Part shown: piece by piece, positions 1 through 5,492 of the stretch
How the letters are laid out: each line of letters starts with the position of its first letter
Numbering within the stretch: the first letter of the stretch is position 1
DNA from: Escherichia coli
GTDB lineage: Bacteria; Pseudomonadota; Gammaproteobacteria; Enterobacterales; Enterobacteriaceae
NCBI RefSeq assembly: GCF_003334255.1
Contig: NZ_QOWU01000079.1
DNA: 14,611 bases
Reading direction: 5' to 3' (one strand)
Made by a program: the position numbers and the translations under genes
The notes under the pieces: model-generated
What the model saw: only the letters and a program-made list of their open reading frames with translations
The model's database searches: none
What the model was told of the DNA's origin: nothing

Positions 1-261
1 TTCATCCAGCAGTGCCAGCACGGTAGCCGGGTTAGCCTCTGCTATGAATTCAGCGTTTGCATAAGCCTGAGCATCTGATTCAATCAGGCAGTTAACATGA
101 CATTCCGCAATCACGCCACCGGGTTCTCCTTTCCATTTTTGACAAACAAAAACTCCTGTTAAATTGCCGTGTTGGTTAACAGATGTATGCCCTACGATGT
201 AGCTTCCTTTAGTTGCTTTCTCTGCCTTTTCACGCAGTACCTGATAGTTAATGTTGCTCAC
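1..261 (-). CDS. Ead/Ea22-like phage early protein, N-terminal 87 codons (3' end lies beyond the left edge)
   Basis: Absent from the ORF track because it is open at the window edge. The reverse strand reads GGAGG-N6-GTG (GTG at 261..259). It then reads VSNINYQVLREKAEKATKGSYIVGHTSVNQHGNLTGVFVCQKWKGEPGGVIAECHVNCLIESDAQAYANAEFIAEANPATVLALLDE with no stop down to base 1. I recall the ANAEFIA.ANPATVLALLDE motif from Ead/Ea22-like lambdoid proteins. There is a GTGA start/stop overlap with the upstream ORF. Confidence 0.6.
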   Translation of the reverse strand, partial: MSNINYQVLREKAEKATKGSYIVGHTSVNQHGNLTGVFVCQKWKGEPGGVIAECHVNCLIESDAQAYANAEFIAEANPATVLALLDE

Positions 262-497
262 TGGTTGCCTCCTTTACGGATCTGCGCTGCGATGCACGAA
301 AAAAAAGACTTTCGCGTATGACTGTTAAGAGCTGGCGCGAACGCCGCGTTAAGAACGGCGGCATCACAGCCGTCATCGATATAGAGCGCAATTTTTTTCT
401 CCAGGCGTGCTTTGGCTTCCTGCAACTGCATATCCCGGCACGCACGCGGGATATACTCAGCAATTTGAGCGATAGATTTTTCGTTCTGTTTAAACAT
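258..497 (-). CDS. hypothetical small phage protein (79 aa)
   Basis: ORF in the track. Its TGA (260..258) overlaps the GTG of the downstream Ea22-like gene, and its ATG lies 8 nt inside the upstream ORF. This fits the translationally coupled minus-strand operon. I recognise no family. Confidence 0.5.
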   Translation of the reverse strand: MFKQNEKSIAQIAEYIPRACRDMQLQEAKARLEKKIALYIDDGCDAAVLNAAFAPALNSHTRKSFFSCIAAQIRKGGNQ

Positions 498-693
498 GCT
501 TCACCTCGATAGGCTTGATGGTATCGATCAGCAGTCGGCGGCGAGTATTTTCTGCAAAGTGGCGGCGTCCGGTTTCTTTGTGGTAAAACTCGTTTTTTCC
601 GACGACCCACATCCGCTTTGTCTGGTGCAGTTTTTTTACCTGCGGACCGTCTCGGGTGATAACAATTCCTGTATGAGTTTTTATCACGCTCAT
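490..693 (-). CDS. hypothetical small phage protein (67 aa)
   Basis: ORF in the track. Its ATG (693..691) overlaps the TGA (692..690) of the upstream DUF551-like gene as ATGA. I recognise no family. Confidence 0.5.
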   Translation of the reverse strand: MSVIKTHTGIVITRDGPQVKKLHQTKRMWVVGKNEFYHKETGRRHFAENTRRRLLIDTIKPIEVKHV

Positions 694-1052
694 TTTTTAT
701 TCTTCGGTGCTTTCGGCATTACTGCCCAGTGAGTGATATTGACGTTTTCAAGGTCCCCGACCTGAAATGTCCACAGCCATTCTCCGGTTTCTTTTTGTCC
801 CCAGGTGTACCAGAGAGAACGCCAGCCAATTAGCCAGCCTTCTCCGTTAGCATCAAATAACAGAACACTTTCATTTGCTGGCGGCAGTTCAGCTGACACT
901 GGTATTATTTTGTTTTCCAGTGCCGCACATTTAGCTTCAAGCGCATCGAATTTACGTACCAGGTACTCAGCATTTGTTTCATTCACTTTCAGATCTCGTG
1001 GTACACATTTCCCGCGAAGAAACCCTTCCATTTCGAAAACATTCATGCGCAT
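690..1052 (-). CDS. DUF551-like phage protein
   Basis: 120-aa ORF. The C-terminal half (SVLLFDANGEGWLIGWRSLWYTWGQKETGEWLW...THWAVMP) matches the Trp-rich pattern I recall for DUF551. GGAG lies 8-9 nt upstream of ATG 1052. An alternative ATG at 1046 forms an ATGA overlap with the upstream stop. Confidence 0.6.
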   Translation of the reverse strand: MRMNVFEMEGFLRGKCVPRDLKVNETNAEYLVRKFDALEAKCAALENKIIPVSAELPPANESVLLFDANGEGWLIGWRSLWYTWGQKETGEWLWTFQVGDLENVNITHWAVMPKAPKNKK

Positions 1053-1579
1053 GTGCGTAACTCCGATAACTCGTTAAAGCGCTCCATAAACATCCCGTAG
1101 GCATGGCTCGGAGCCAGTGGAATAACTTTGAACATTTCTGTTGCCGGGATACCTTCCAGTACTGGCCAGAAAGAGCCATCATCAAGCCCGAGATCGCGGC
1201 GTTCGGTTGCCAGCATGATGAGATCGGCATATTTCACAGGCGTGCTCATAACCGGGGGTAACCCGTATTTCTCACGGATTACGGCGTCTATTTTTTCTTC
1301 CATCCGTTTATAGTCAGGAAGAAGGCGTTTCAGTGGAGCGGGAATATCCTGGCAATACGCTTCTGTTGCATCATGCATTAACGCTTCAAAAGCAAATTCC
1401 TGCGGCACCAGCTGGCTGCAAAGCACCGCATGTTGGGCGACACTGTAGAAGTGAGAAAGATGACCGGCAAAGCGGCAGATATTTGAAAGGGAAACCGCGA
1501 TATCGTTAATCACGATGTCGTCTTTATTTATCTTGTCATAATAAAAATGCTTCCCGGAAAAAGTTTTAATAAATGACAT
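1043..1579 (-). CDS. HD-domain metal-dependent phosphohydrolase (YfbR-like family)
   Basis: The track ORF is 1043..1648, but the supported start is ATG 1579 (GGAGAACAAAATG; MSFIKTF...). The H...HD...D pattern is present: SVAQHAV, ALMHDATEAY, VKYADL. The upstream 23 codons of the track ORF cover an intergenic hairpin. Confidence 0.75.
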   Translation of the reverse strand: MSFIKTFSGKHFYYDKINKDDIVINDIAVSLSNICRFAGHLSHFYSVAQHAVLCSQLVPQEFAFEALMHDATEAYCQDIPAPLKRLLPDYKRMEEKIDAVIREKYGLPPVMSTPVKYADLIMLATERRDLGLDDGSFWPVLEGIPATEMFKVIPLAPSHAYGMFMERFNELSELRTCA

Positions 1580-1621
1580 TTTGTTCTCCACGTTATATGC
1601 GCTGCACCGCTCTGAATTTTG

Positions 1622-1671
1622 ATTGCAGCAATCCAGCCCATTTAACATGGGATGATTGCTGCAATTTTTTT
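1622..1671 (+). terminator. strong hairpin plus T7 run, oriented as a plus-strand intrinsic terminator between two minus-strand genes
   Basis: A perfect 12-bp stem ATTGCAGCAATC (1622-1633) / GATTGCTGCAAT (1654-1665) contains an inner CCCA/TGGG pairing. It is followed on the plus strand by T residues through 1671. On the minus strand the hairpin is followed by CAAAATTC, which is not U-rich. Confidence 0.55.
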
Positions 1672-2587
1672 AAGTTGTTGGATTTTGGCTTTTATCTTCT
1701 TTGTAAGAAAGAAGGTCACACATCAAATTAACTACCTTGCTGAATTGGAAAAGGTCAGCGCCAGTCTGATGACGCCACTGGAATGCTTTATCATCTTCAT
1801 CATTAAATGTCTGAGATTGAGTATTGATGCGCGAAAAATGGAAATTTTCGGTAAGAATGAAGGTCACACCGCAACCGGATAACTCCATTTTATCAGCAGT
1901 GAAACTACTACTAAGGCTATCGGCCAGTTCGCTTTGAATTGACTCATGCTCAGCTGAGTAGCGAATAATTTCCTTTTGATCTGCGTAGCGTGATAGCTGA
2001 ATATAATTTCCGACAGTGAATCCTTCAAATGCATTGGCTGCACCATTGATGTAGTTATTCAGGCGTGTAGTCAGTCCATTCTTGATATCACTGATGTTGA
2101 TTGTTTCTGTTTTCACTGAACCGACAACCTTAATCAGCATTGCGCATACCATACCGGCTATTATTTTATTGGTTGTGTTGATTACCAATAATTTCTCATC
2201 AGTGCTGTACAATGCAAGAATCAGAGTAGACTTAACAAATGCCTGTTTGCATAGATCTACTCGTACGTTATCAATAATGGCCAGTCGTTCGGCACGCTTT
2301 AATTTATTCCCGGACATATTTTCGATTGTTTGGATTCGAGAATTAGCTTCTTTCATGACGACATGTCGGGGAATTATTTTCTGATCATGACGGATTACCA
2401 TTGCGTACCCACCAGATATCGGAGTTACCAGTTCACCAGTGACAGGATTCTCTACAAAAGAGGACCGTGAAAATTCTGTTTCCCCGATTTCAGAATAAGG
2501 GAGTTCGAGAAGATGACCTTCAATAGCCTGTATACTAGGTAATGTTGCTCGGTACACAATTGCGTTACGAAATTTTGGTAATTTCAT
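1670..2587 (-). CDS. rdgC: RdgC-like recombination-associated protein
   Basis: The track ORF is 1670..2737. The supported start is ATG 2587 (AGAGGAAAATAGAATG; MKLPKFRNAIVYRA...). By eye it aligns with E. coli RdgC: FKNLMVYRL vs FRNAIVYRA, KEEKILPSPVIKQ vs HDQKIIPRHVVMK, and LLPRAF vs LCKQAF. At 305 aa it is similar in length to RdgC. Confidence 0.75.
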   Translation of the reverse strand: MKLPKFRNAIVYRATLPSIQAIEGHLLELPYSEIGETEFSRSSFVENPVTGELVTPISGGYAMVIRHDQKIIPRHVVMKEANSRIQTIENMSGNKLKRAERLAIIDNVRVDLCKQAFVKSTLILALYSTDEKLLVINTTNKIIAGMVCAMLIKVVGSVKTETINISDIKNGLTTRLNNYINGAANAFEGFTVGNYIQLSRYADQKEIIRYSAEHESIQSELADSLSSSFTADKMELSGCGVTFILTENFHFSRINTQSQTFNDEDDKAFQWRHQTGADLFQFSKVVNLMCDLLSYKEDKSQNPTT

Positions 2588-2708
2588 TCTATTTTCCTCT
2601 GCACAATGTATTAGTTTCTCCACAAAACAGAGAAGAACACCTGCGGTGGCAGCCGCCCGGATGGATTGGGTTATGAGCCCGTCGTCCGGTGATGCTTTTC
2701 TCTGTTTT

Positions 2709-2756
2709 GTAAAAAGAGCGGTACCAGCCGGAAGCAAGTGTACAAACTGGTACCGC
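2709..2756 (-). terminator. intrinsic terminator in the PL leader, about 120 nt upstream of rdgC
   Basis: The minus strand reads GCGGTACCAG (2756-2747), a 19-nt loop, CTGGTACCGC (2727-2718), then TCTTTTTAC. The stem is a perfect 10 bp. The 3' arm plus tail reads CGCTCTTTTTACAA (2720-2707), which resembles boxA (lambda CGCTCTTA; rrn TGCTCTTTAACAA). Confidence 0.55.
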
Positions 2757-3183
2757 CAAAGCAGTGGCTGTTGTGGTGACCGGTGCTGATCTCCGGCTTG
2801 CGGTTATTTCAGACTCTCACGGGCGTTTAATTGCCCCGCCGAACAGCTCTTTTCCGCAATAGCTGCAATGTCTTTCGCGCATCAGCCTGCGCATTCACCA
2901 CAACGCTGAGAGCACTTAGCCAGTTACGGCACCACACTTTGTCGCGGCTCCATAAATGCTCTCATCGTTGCGTCCTGGTCTCTTCCCAGGCGTCAAACCG
3001 AATCGCCACGCTGGTTAGGCGTCTAATATCCTCATTGACTTGCACATTCCGGCTACCTGGTTTGTTTGCCCGAGCAAGGAGTGGATTGTCCCCTTTAACG
3101 TCCCCAGACCGCTAACGACGCATGTGCCATACGCCGTGTTACAACCAAATTTTGTTAGTACCTTGTTTGTAGGTCTGGAAAGA

Positions 3184-3236
3184 AAGATAAAATGAAGTTG
3201 CGCATTATGCAAGTGTTTTTATTGCGAGATATGCAA
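3184..3236 (-). promoter_or_regulatory. candidate OL operators and PL promoter
   Basis: Two 15-bp sites, TTGCGCATTATGCAA (3198-3212) and TTGCGAGATATGCAA (3222-3236), match the OR site TTGCGCGTTAAGCAA. On the minus strand, TTGCAT (3212-3207), a 17-bp spacer and TATCTT (3189-3184) form a possible PL reading toward rdgC. Confidence 0.5.
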
Positions 3237-3246
3237 TTTGGTGGGT

Positions 3247-3270
3247 AATGAAAAGCCACCTTCTGGTGGC
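3247..3270 (-). terminator. terminator downstream of the repressor gene
   Basis: The minus strand reads GCCACC-AGAA-GGTGGC followed by TTTTCATT, about 25 nt after the cI-like stop codon (3295-3293). Confidence 0.5.
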
Positions 3271-3292
3271 TAATTGATGTTGAGGTAGGGGG

Positions 3293-3985
3293 TTAATTGT
3301 GTCGCTTAAGGGTTTGTGACTGACTGATTAAGACCTTTCCAAAGACCATAAACCGATGTTCGTTTTCGCTGGTAATTCCCCATTCGCGGTAAATCTGATT
3401 ATCAGAAATTACCAGCAGTTTATCAGGTATCATTTGCAGTCGTTTGACGTAAATTTTATCATCAAAACCAAATACATATATACCATCCCCATCAAACTGA
3501 TTGATACTGATATCAACGAAGATGAGATCTCCTGGCTCAATGGTTGGACACATACTGTCCCCACGAACGTTGATAACTTTAATGTGATTTGCTGGTCGTC
3601 CACCAAACATCGATACAGCATTATCAGTTCTGTATTCAATGGCATGAATCACATCAATGACATCACCGCCCTGGATAAGGCCATTTCCCGCACTGGCACT
3701 GACATCCAGCATTTCAATACGGAATACATCCTTCACCTGCGCAACATCCTCACTAATACTGTTTTTACATACAGTATTACTTTTGAGGTCTGAGGTAAAG
3801 AGATCAGCAATATCAACACCTAAGCTCCTGGCAATATTACTCAGGGCTTGTTCAGTGAATTGTTTCTGCTTACCTGTTTCGAGGCGCGAGATATTCGCCG
3901 CATCCACTCCTATTGCTTCAGCGAGATCGGCGATTTTCATGTTCTTCGCCTGGCGAAGTTGTCTGACTCGATTTCCTATGTTCAT
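3293..3985 (-). CDS. cI: cI-type prophage repressor (XRE HTH N-terminal domain plus S24 LexA-like autopeptidase C-terminal domain)
   Basis: 230 aa. The HTH is MKIADLAEAIGVDAANISRLETGKQ. An Ala-Gly candidate cleavage site lies in SASAGNG. The serine motif is GDSMCPTI and the lysine lies in YVKRL. It is divergent from a cro-like gene across an operator-rich 97-bp region. It resembles my recollection of the e14 repressor (YmfK/CohE). Confidence 0.9.
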   Translation of the reverse strand: MNIGNRVRQLRQAKNMKIADLAEAIGVDAANISRLETGKQKQFTEQALSNIARSLGVDIADLFTSDLKSNTVCKNSISEDVAQVKDVFRIEMLDVSASAGNGLIQGGDVIDVIHAIEYRTDNAVSMFGGRPANHIKVINVRGDSMCPTIEPGDLIFVDISINQFDGDGIYVFGFDDKIYVKRLQMIPDKLLVISDNQIYREWGITSENEHRFMVFGKVLISQSQTLKRHN

Positions 3986-4082
3986 GCGTTTATTACATTT
4001 CTTTATTGCGCGTTAAGCAAATCAACTTGCGCAAAATATTTGCGTGAAATAATATGCTCATCACGCAATATGTGGAGGTTAT
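3986..4082. promoter_or_regulatory. OR region with divergent PRM and PR
   Basis: Operator-like sites:
- TTGCGCGTTAAGCAA (4006-4020).
- Palindromic CGCAAAATATTTGCG (4030-4044), preceded by TTG.
- ATGCTCATCACGCAA (4054-4068; reverse complement TTGCGTGATGAGCAT).

PR candidate: TTGCGC (4027-4032), 17 bp, TAATAT (4050-4055).

PRM candidate on the minus strand: TTGCTT (4020-4015), 17 bp, TGTAAT (3997-3992). This puts the start site about 7 nt downstream, at the cI ATG (3985). No SD precedes that ATG, so the cI mRNA would be leaderless as at lambda PRM. Confidence 0.65.
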
Positions 4083-4343
4083 ATGCAATCACCATTACGG
4101 AATGTGCGTAAGGCGCACGGATTTACTTTGCAGCATGTTGCTGCGGGCGTTCAGGTCAATCCAGCGACGCTGAGTCGTATTGAAAGACTGGAACAAATTC
4201 CATCTATCGACCTTGCAGAACGTCTGGCCAATTTTTTTAAGGGTGAAATCAGCGAAATGCAGATTCTTTATCCGGCACGTTTTCAATCTAGCCAAAACCA
4301 GAATGGGTTTAAACCACAGGAACAGGAGGTAAGCCGTGGGTAA
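4083..4343 (+). CDS. cro: Cro-like XRE-family HTH repressor
   Basis: 86 aa. GGAGG at 4074-4078 precedes ATG 4083. The HTH is LQHVAAGVQVNPATLSRIERLEQ. It is the first gene of the rightward operon, opposite cI. Confidence 0.8.
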   Translation: MQSPLRNVRKAHGFTLQHVAAGVQVNPATLSRIERLEQIPSIDLAERLANFFKGEISEMQILYPARFQSSQNQNGFKPQEQEVSRG

Positions 4344-4893
4344 GCATCATTGGAAAGTGGAAAAACAACCTGAGTGGTACGTGAAAGCTGTCAGAAAAAC
4401 TATCGCGGCATTGCCTGGGGGTTACGCTGAAGCTGCTGACTGGCTGGATGTAACAGAGAACGCTTTATTCAACCGCCTTCGTGCAGATGGCGATCAGATT
4501 TTCCCGCTGGGATGGGCAATGGTTTTACAGCGCGCGGCTGGCACTCACTACATTGCGGATGCTGTCGCACAATCTGCTGGTGGGGTGTTCGTATCGCTTC
4601 CTGAAATTGAGGAAGTAGAGAACGCCGATATAAACCAGCGCCTGCTGGAAGTCATCGAACAGATCGGGAATTACTCAAGGCAGATTCGTTCGGCAATCGA
4701 AGATGGGGTCGTGGAGCCACACGAGCAGACAGCAATTAATGATGAGTTGTATCTGTCAATTTCGAAGCTCCAGGAGCATGCAGCACTGGTCTACAAAATC
4801 TTTTGCGCTCCAGAAAAGAGTGACGCCCGCGAGTGTGCAGCTCCGGGCGTCGTGGCGTCGATTGCTTCTGGTTGTGGAGAAACTAACGCATGA
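4336..4893 (+). CDS. CII-like regulatory protein (YmfL / CP76 CII family, from memory)
   Basis: 185 aa with a GTG start at 4336 and GGAGG at 4324-4328. It overlaps the cro-like 3' end by 8 nt. The sequence (MGKHHWKVEKQPEWYVKAVRKTIAALPGGYAEAADWLDVTENALFNRL...) is what I recall for e14 YmfL-type proteins in the cII position. Confidence 0.65.
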   Translation: MGKHHWKVEKQPEWYVKAVRKTIAALPGGYAEAADWLDVTENALFNRLRADGDQIFPLGWAMVLQRAAGTHYIADAVAQSAGGVFVSLPEIEEVENADINQRLLEVIEQIGNYSRQIRSAIEDGVVEPHEQTAINDELYLSISKLQEHAALVYKIFCAPEKSDARECAAPGVVASIASGCGETNA

Positions 4894-5038
4894 ACAGTTT
4901 AACGGCAAATAACCGTTTGTCGCAACAGCTGGTGGTCAGCGTCGCTGAACACCTGTTGTTACGGCATGAATGCAGATTACCAAATCACCTGGCTGTAAGT
5001 AACCACAGAGAACTTTACCTGACTGTGGGGGGCGAGTT

Positions 5039-5218
5039 GTGCAGGAACTTAACCGCTGGTTTCGTGACGGAAGAGGACTTTATGTTCATGTTATTCGTTG
5101 GGAGCCAGAAACACAGCGCGTTATCTATCTTCGCAAAGACTACCAGCATGAGTGCTTTAGTCCTTTGTGGAAATTCAGGCGTGATTTTGTTGAGTGTGAA
5201 GGACCACCAGCACATTGA
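5039..5218 (+). CDS. small DUF4222-like protein (59 aa) in an alternative frame of the 382-aa track ORF
   Basis: Not in the track because it is under 60 aa. GTG 5039 is preceded by GGGGGG (5026-5032), and TGA lies at 5216-5218. The translation is VQELNRWFRDGRGLYVHVIRWEPETQRVIYLRKDYQHECFSPLWKFRRDFVECEGPPAH. It aligns without gaps to the 74-aa ORF at 6035-6259 (WYTTPAGHVLRVSLVDRECQKVICEPLGRNYRVSMPLIAFCSGKMFKR), with about 10 of 40 identities: W, G, V, E, Q, V, I, P, L, F. Confidence 0.45.
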   Translation: MQELNRWFRDGRGLYVHVIRWEPETQRVIYLRKDYQHECFSPLWKFRRDFVECEGPPAH

Positions 5219-5287
5219 TTCTGCCATTCCGGGACGTTACACTGTTCAGGCACCTTATAAAGCGGGTGTCGGGATTGGCGTCCTGGA

Positions 5288-5484
5288 ATTGCATACGGCG
5301 ACAATTGGCGCGTTAGCGTCTTTTTTGTTGCTACAACTCAGCTATACCCAAATTATGGTGGGCTGGGTGGGGGCACCGAAAGGTGCGCCGGTTTCCGTAT
5401 GCGCCGGTTACGCCAACCCTGCTCAGTTCACCACCAGCGAAATTGGCGTTTCCGGTGGTGGAAGTTATCCATTGCATACGGAGG
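5288..5484 (+). ncRNA. candidate cis/trans antisense-RNA control region (C4 / P4-CI / IsrK-like) upstream of rha
   Basis: Loop element CCGTATGC (5395-5402) is complementary to GCATACGG at 5291-5298 and at 5474-5481. The second copy overlaps the rha SD GGAGG (5480-5484). Element CGCCAA (5411-5416) is complementary to TTGGCG at 5305-5310 and 5443-5448. Supporting hairpins are GCACC-GAAA-GGTGC (5373-5386), CCGG/CCGG (5387-5408) and CACCACC/GGTGGTG (5429-5460). The RNA ends are not determined. Confidence 0.5.
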
Positions 5485-5492
5485 CTGCCATC

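Noticed and set aside
248-610. The 120-aa minus-strand ORF overlapping the 79-aa and 67-aa ORFs, and the plus-strand ORFs at 318-512 and 496-732.
   Set aside because: These are alternative frames or strands of the translationally coupled small-gene chain. The 120-aa product is highly basic with low complexity (MGRRKKRVLPQRNRTPP...) and breaks the ATGA/GTGA coupling pattern.
1580-1648. The N-terminal extensions of track ORFs: 1043-1648 (HD protein), 1670-2737 (RdgC-like), 7993-8025 (Dam), 11891-11983 (small ORF), 9545 (KilA-N) and 11372 (Q).
   Set aside because: In each case an internal ATG with a good SD begins the recognisable protein. The extension covers an intergenic hairpin, a leader, or the preceding gene.
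2707-2720. CGCTCTTTTTACAA read as a genuine boxA/nut antitermination site.
   Set aside because: The same bases form the 3' arm and U-tract of a canonical intrinsic terminator. There is no N gene and no boxB-type hairpin downstream. I kept it only as a note in the PL-leader finding.
2831-3212. The 94-aa plus-strand ORF (2831-3115) and the 65-aa minus-strand ORF (3015-3212) as possible N-like or rex-like genes.
   Set aside because: Both start with TTG and have no SD. The 94-aa ORF is antisense to the PL leader, and its Arg/Ser/Leu-rich product looks like noise. The 65-aa ORF begins inside the OL operator, upstream of the predicted PL start. Neither has an N-type arginine-rich N-terminal motif.
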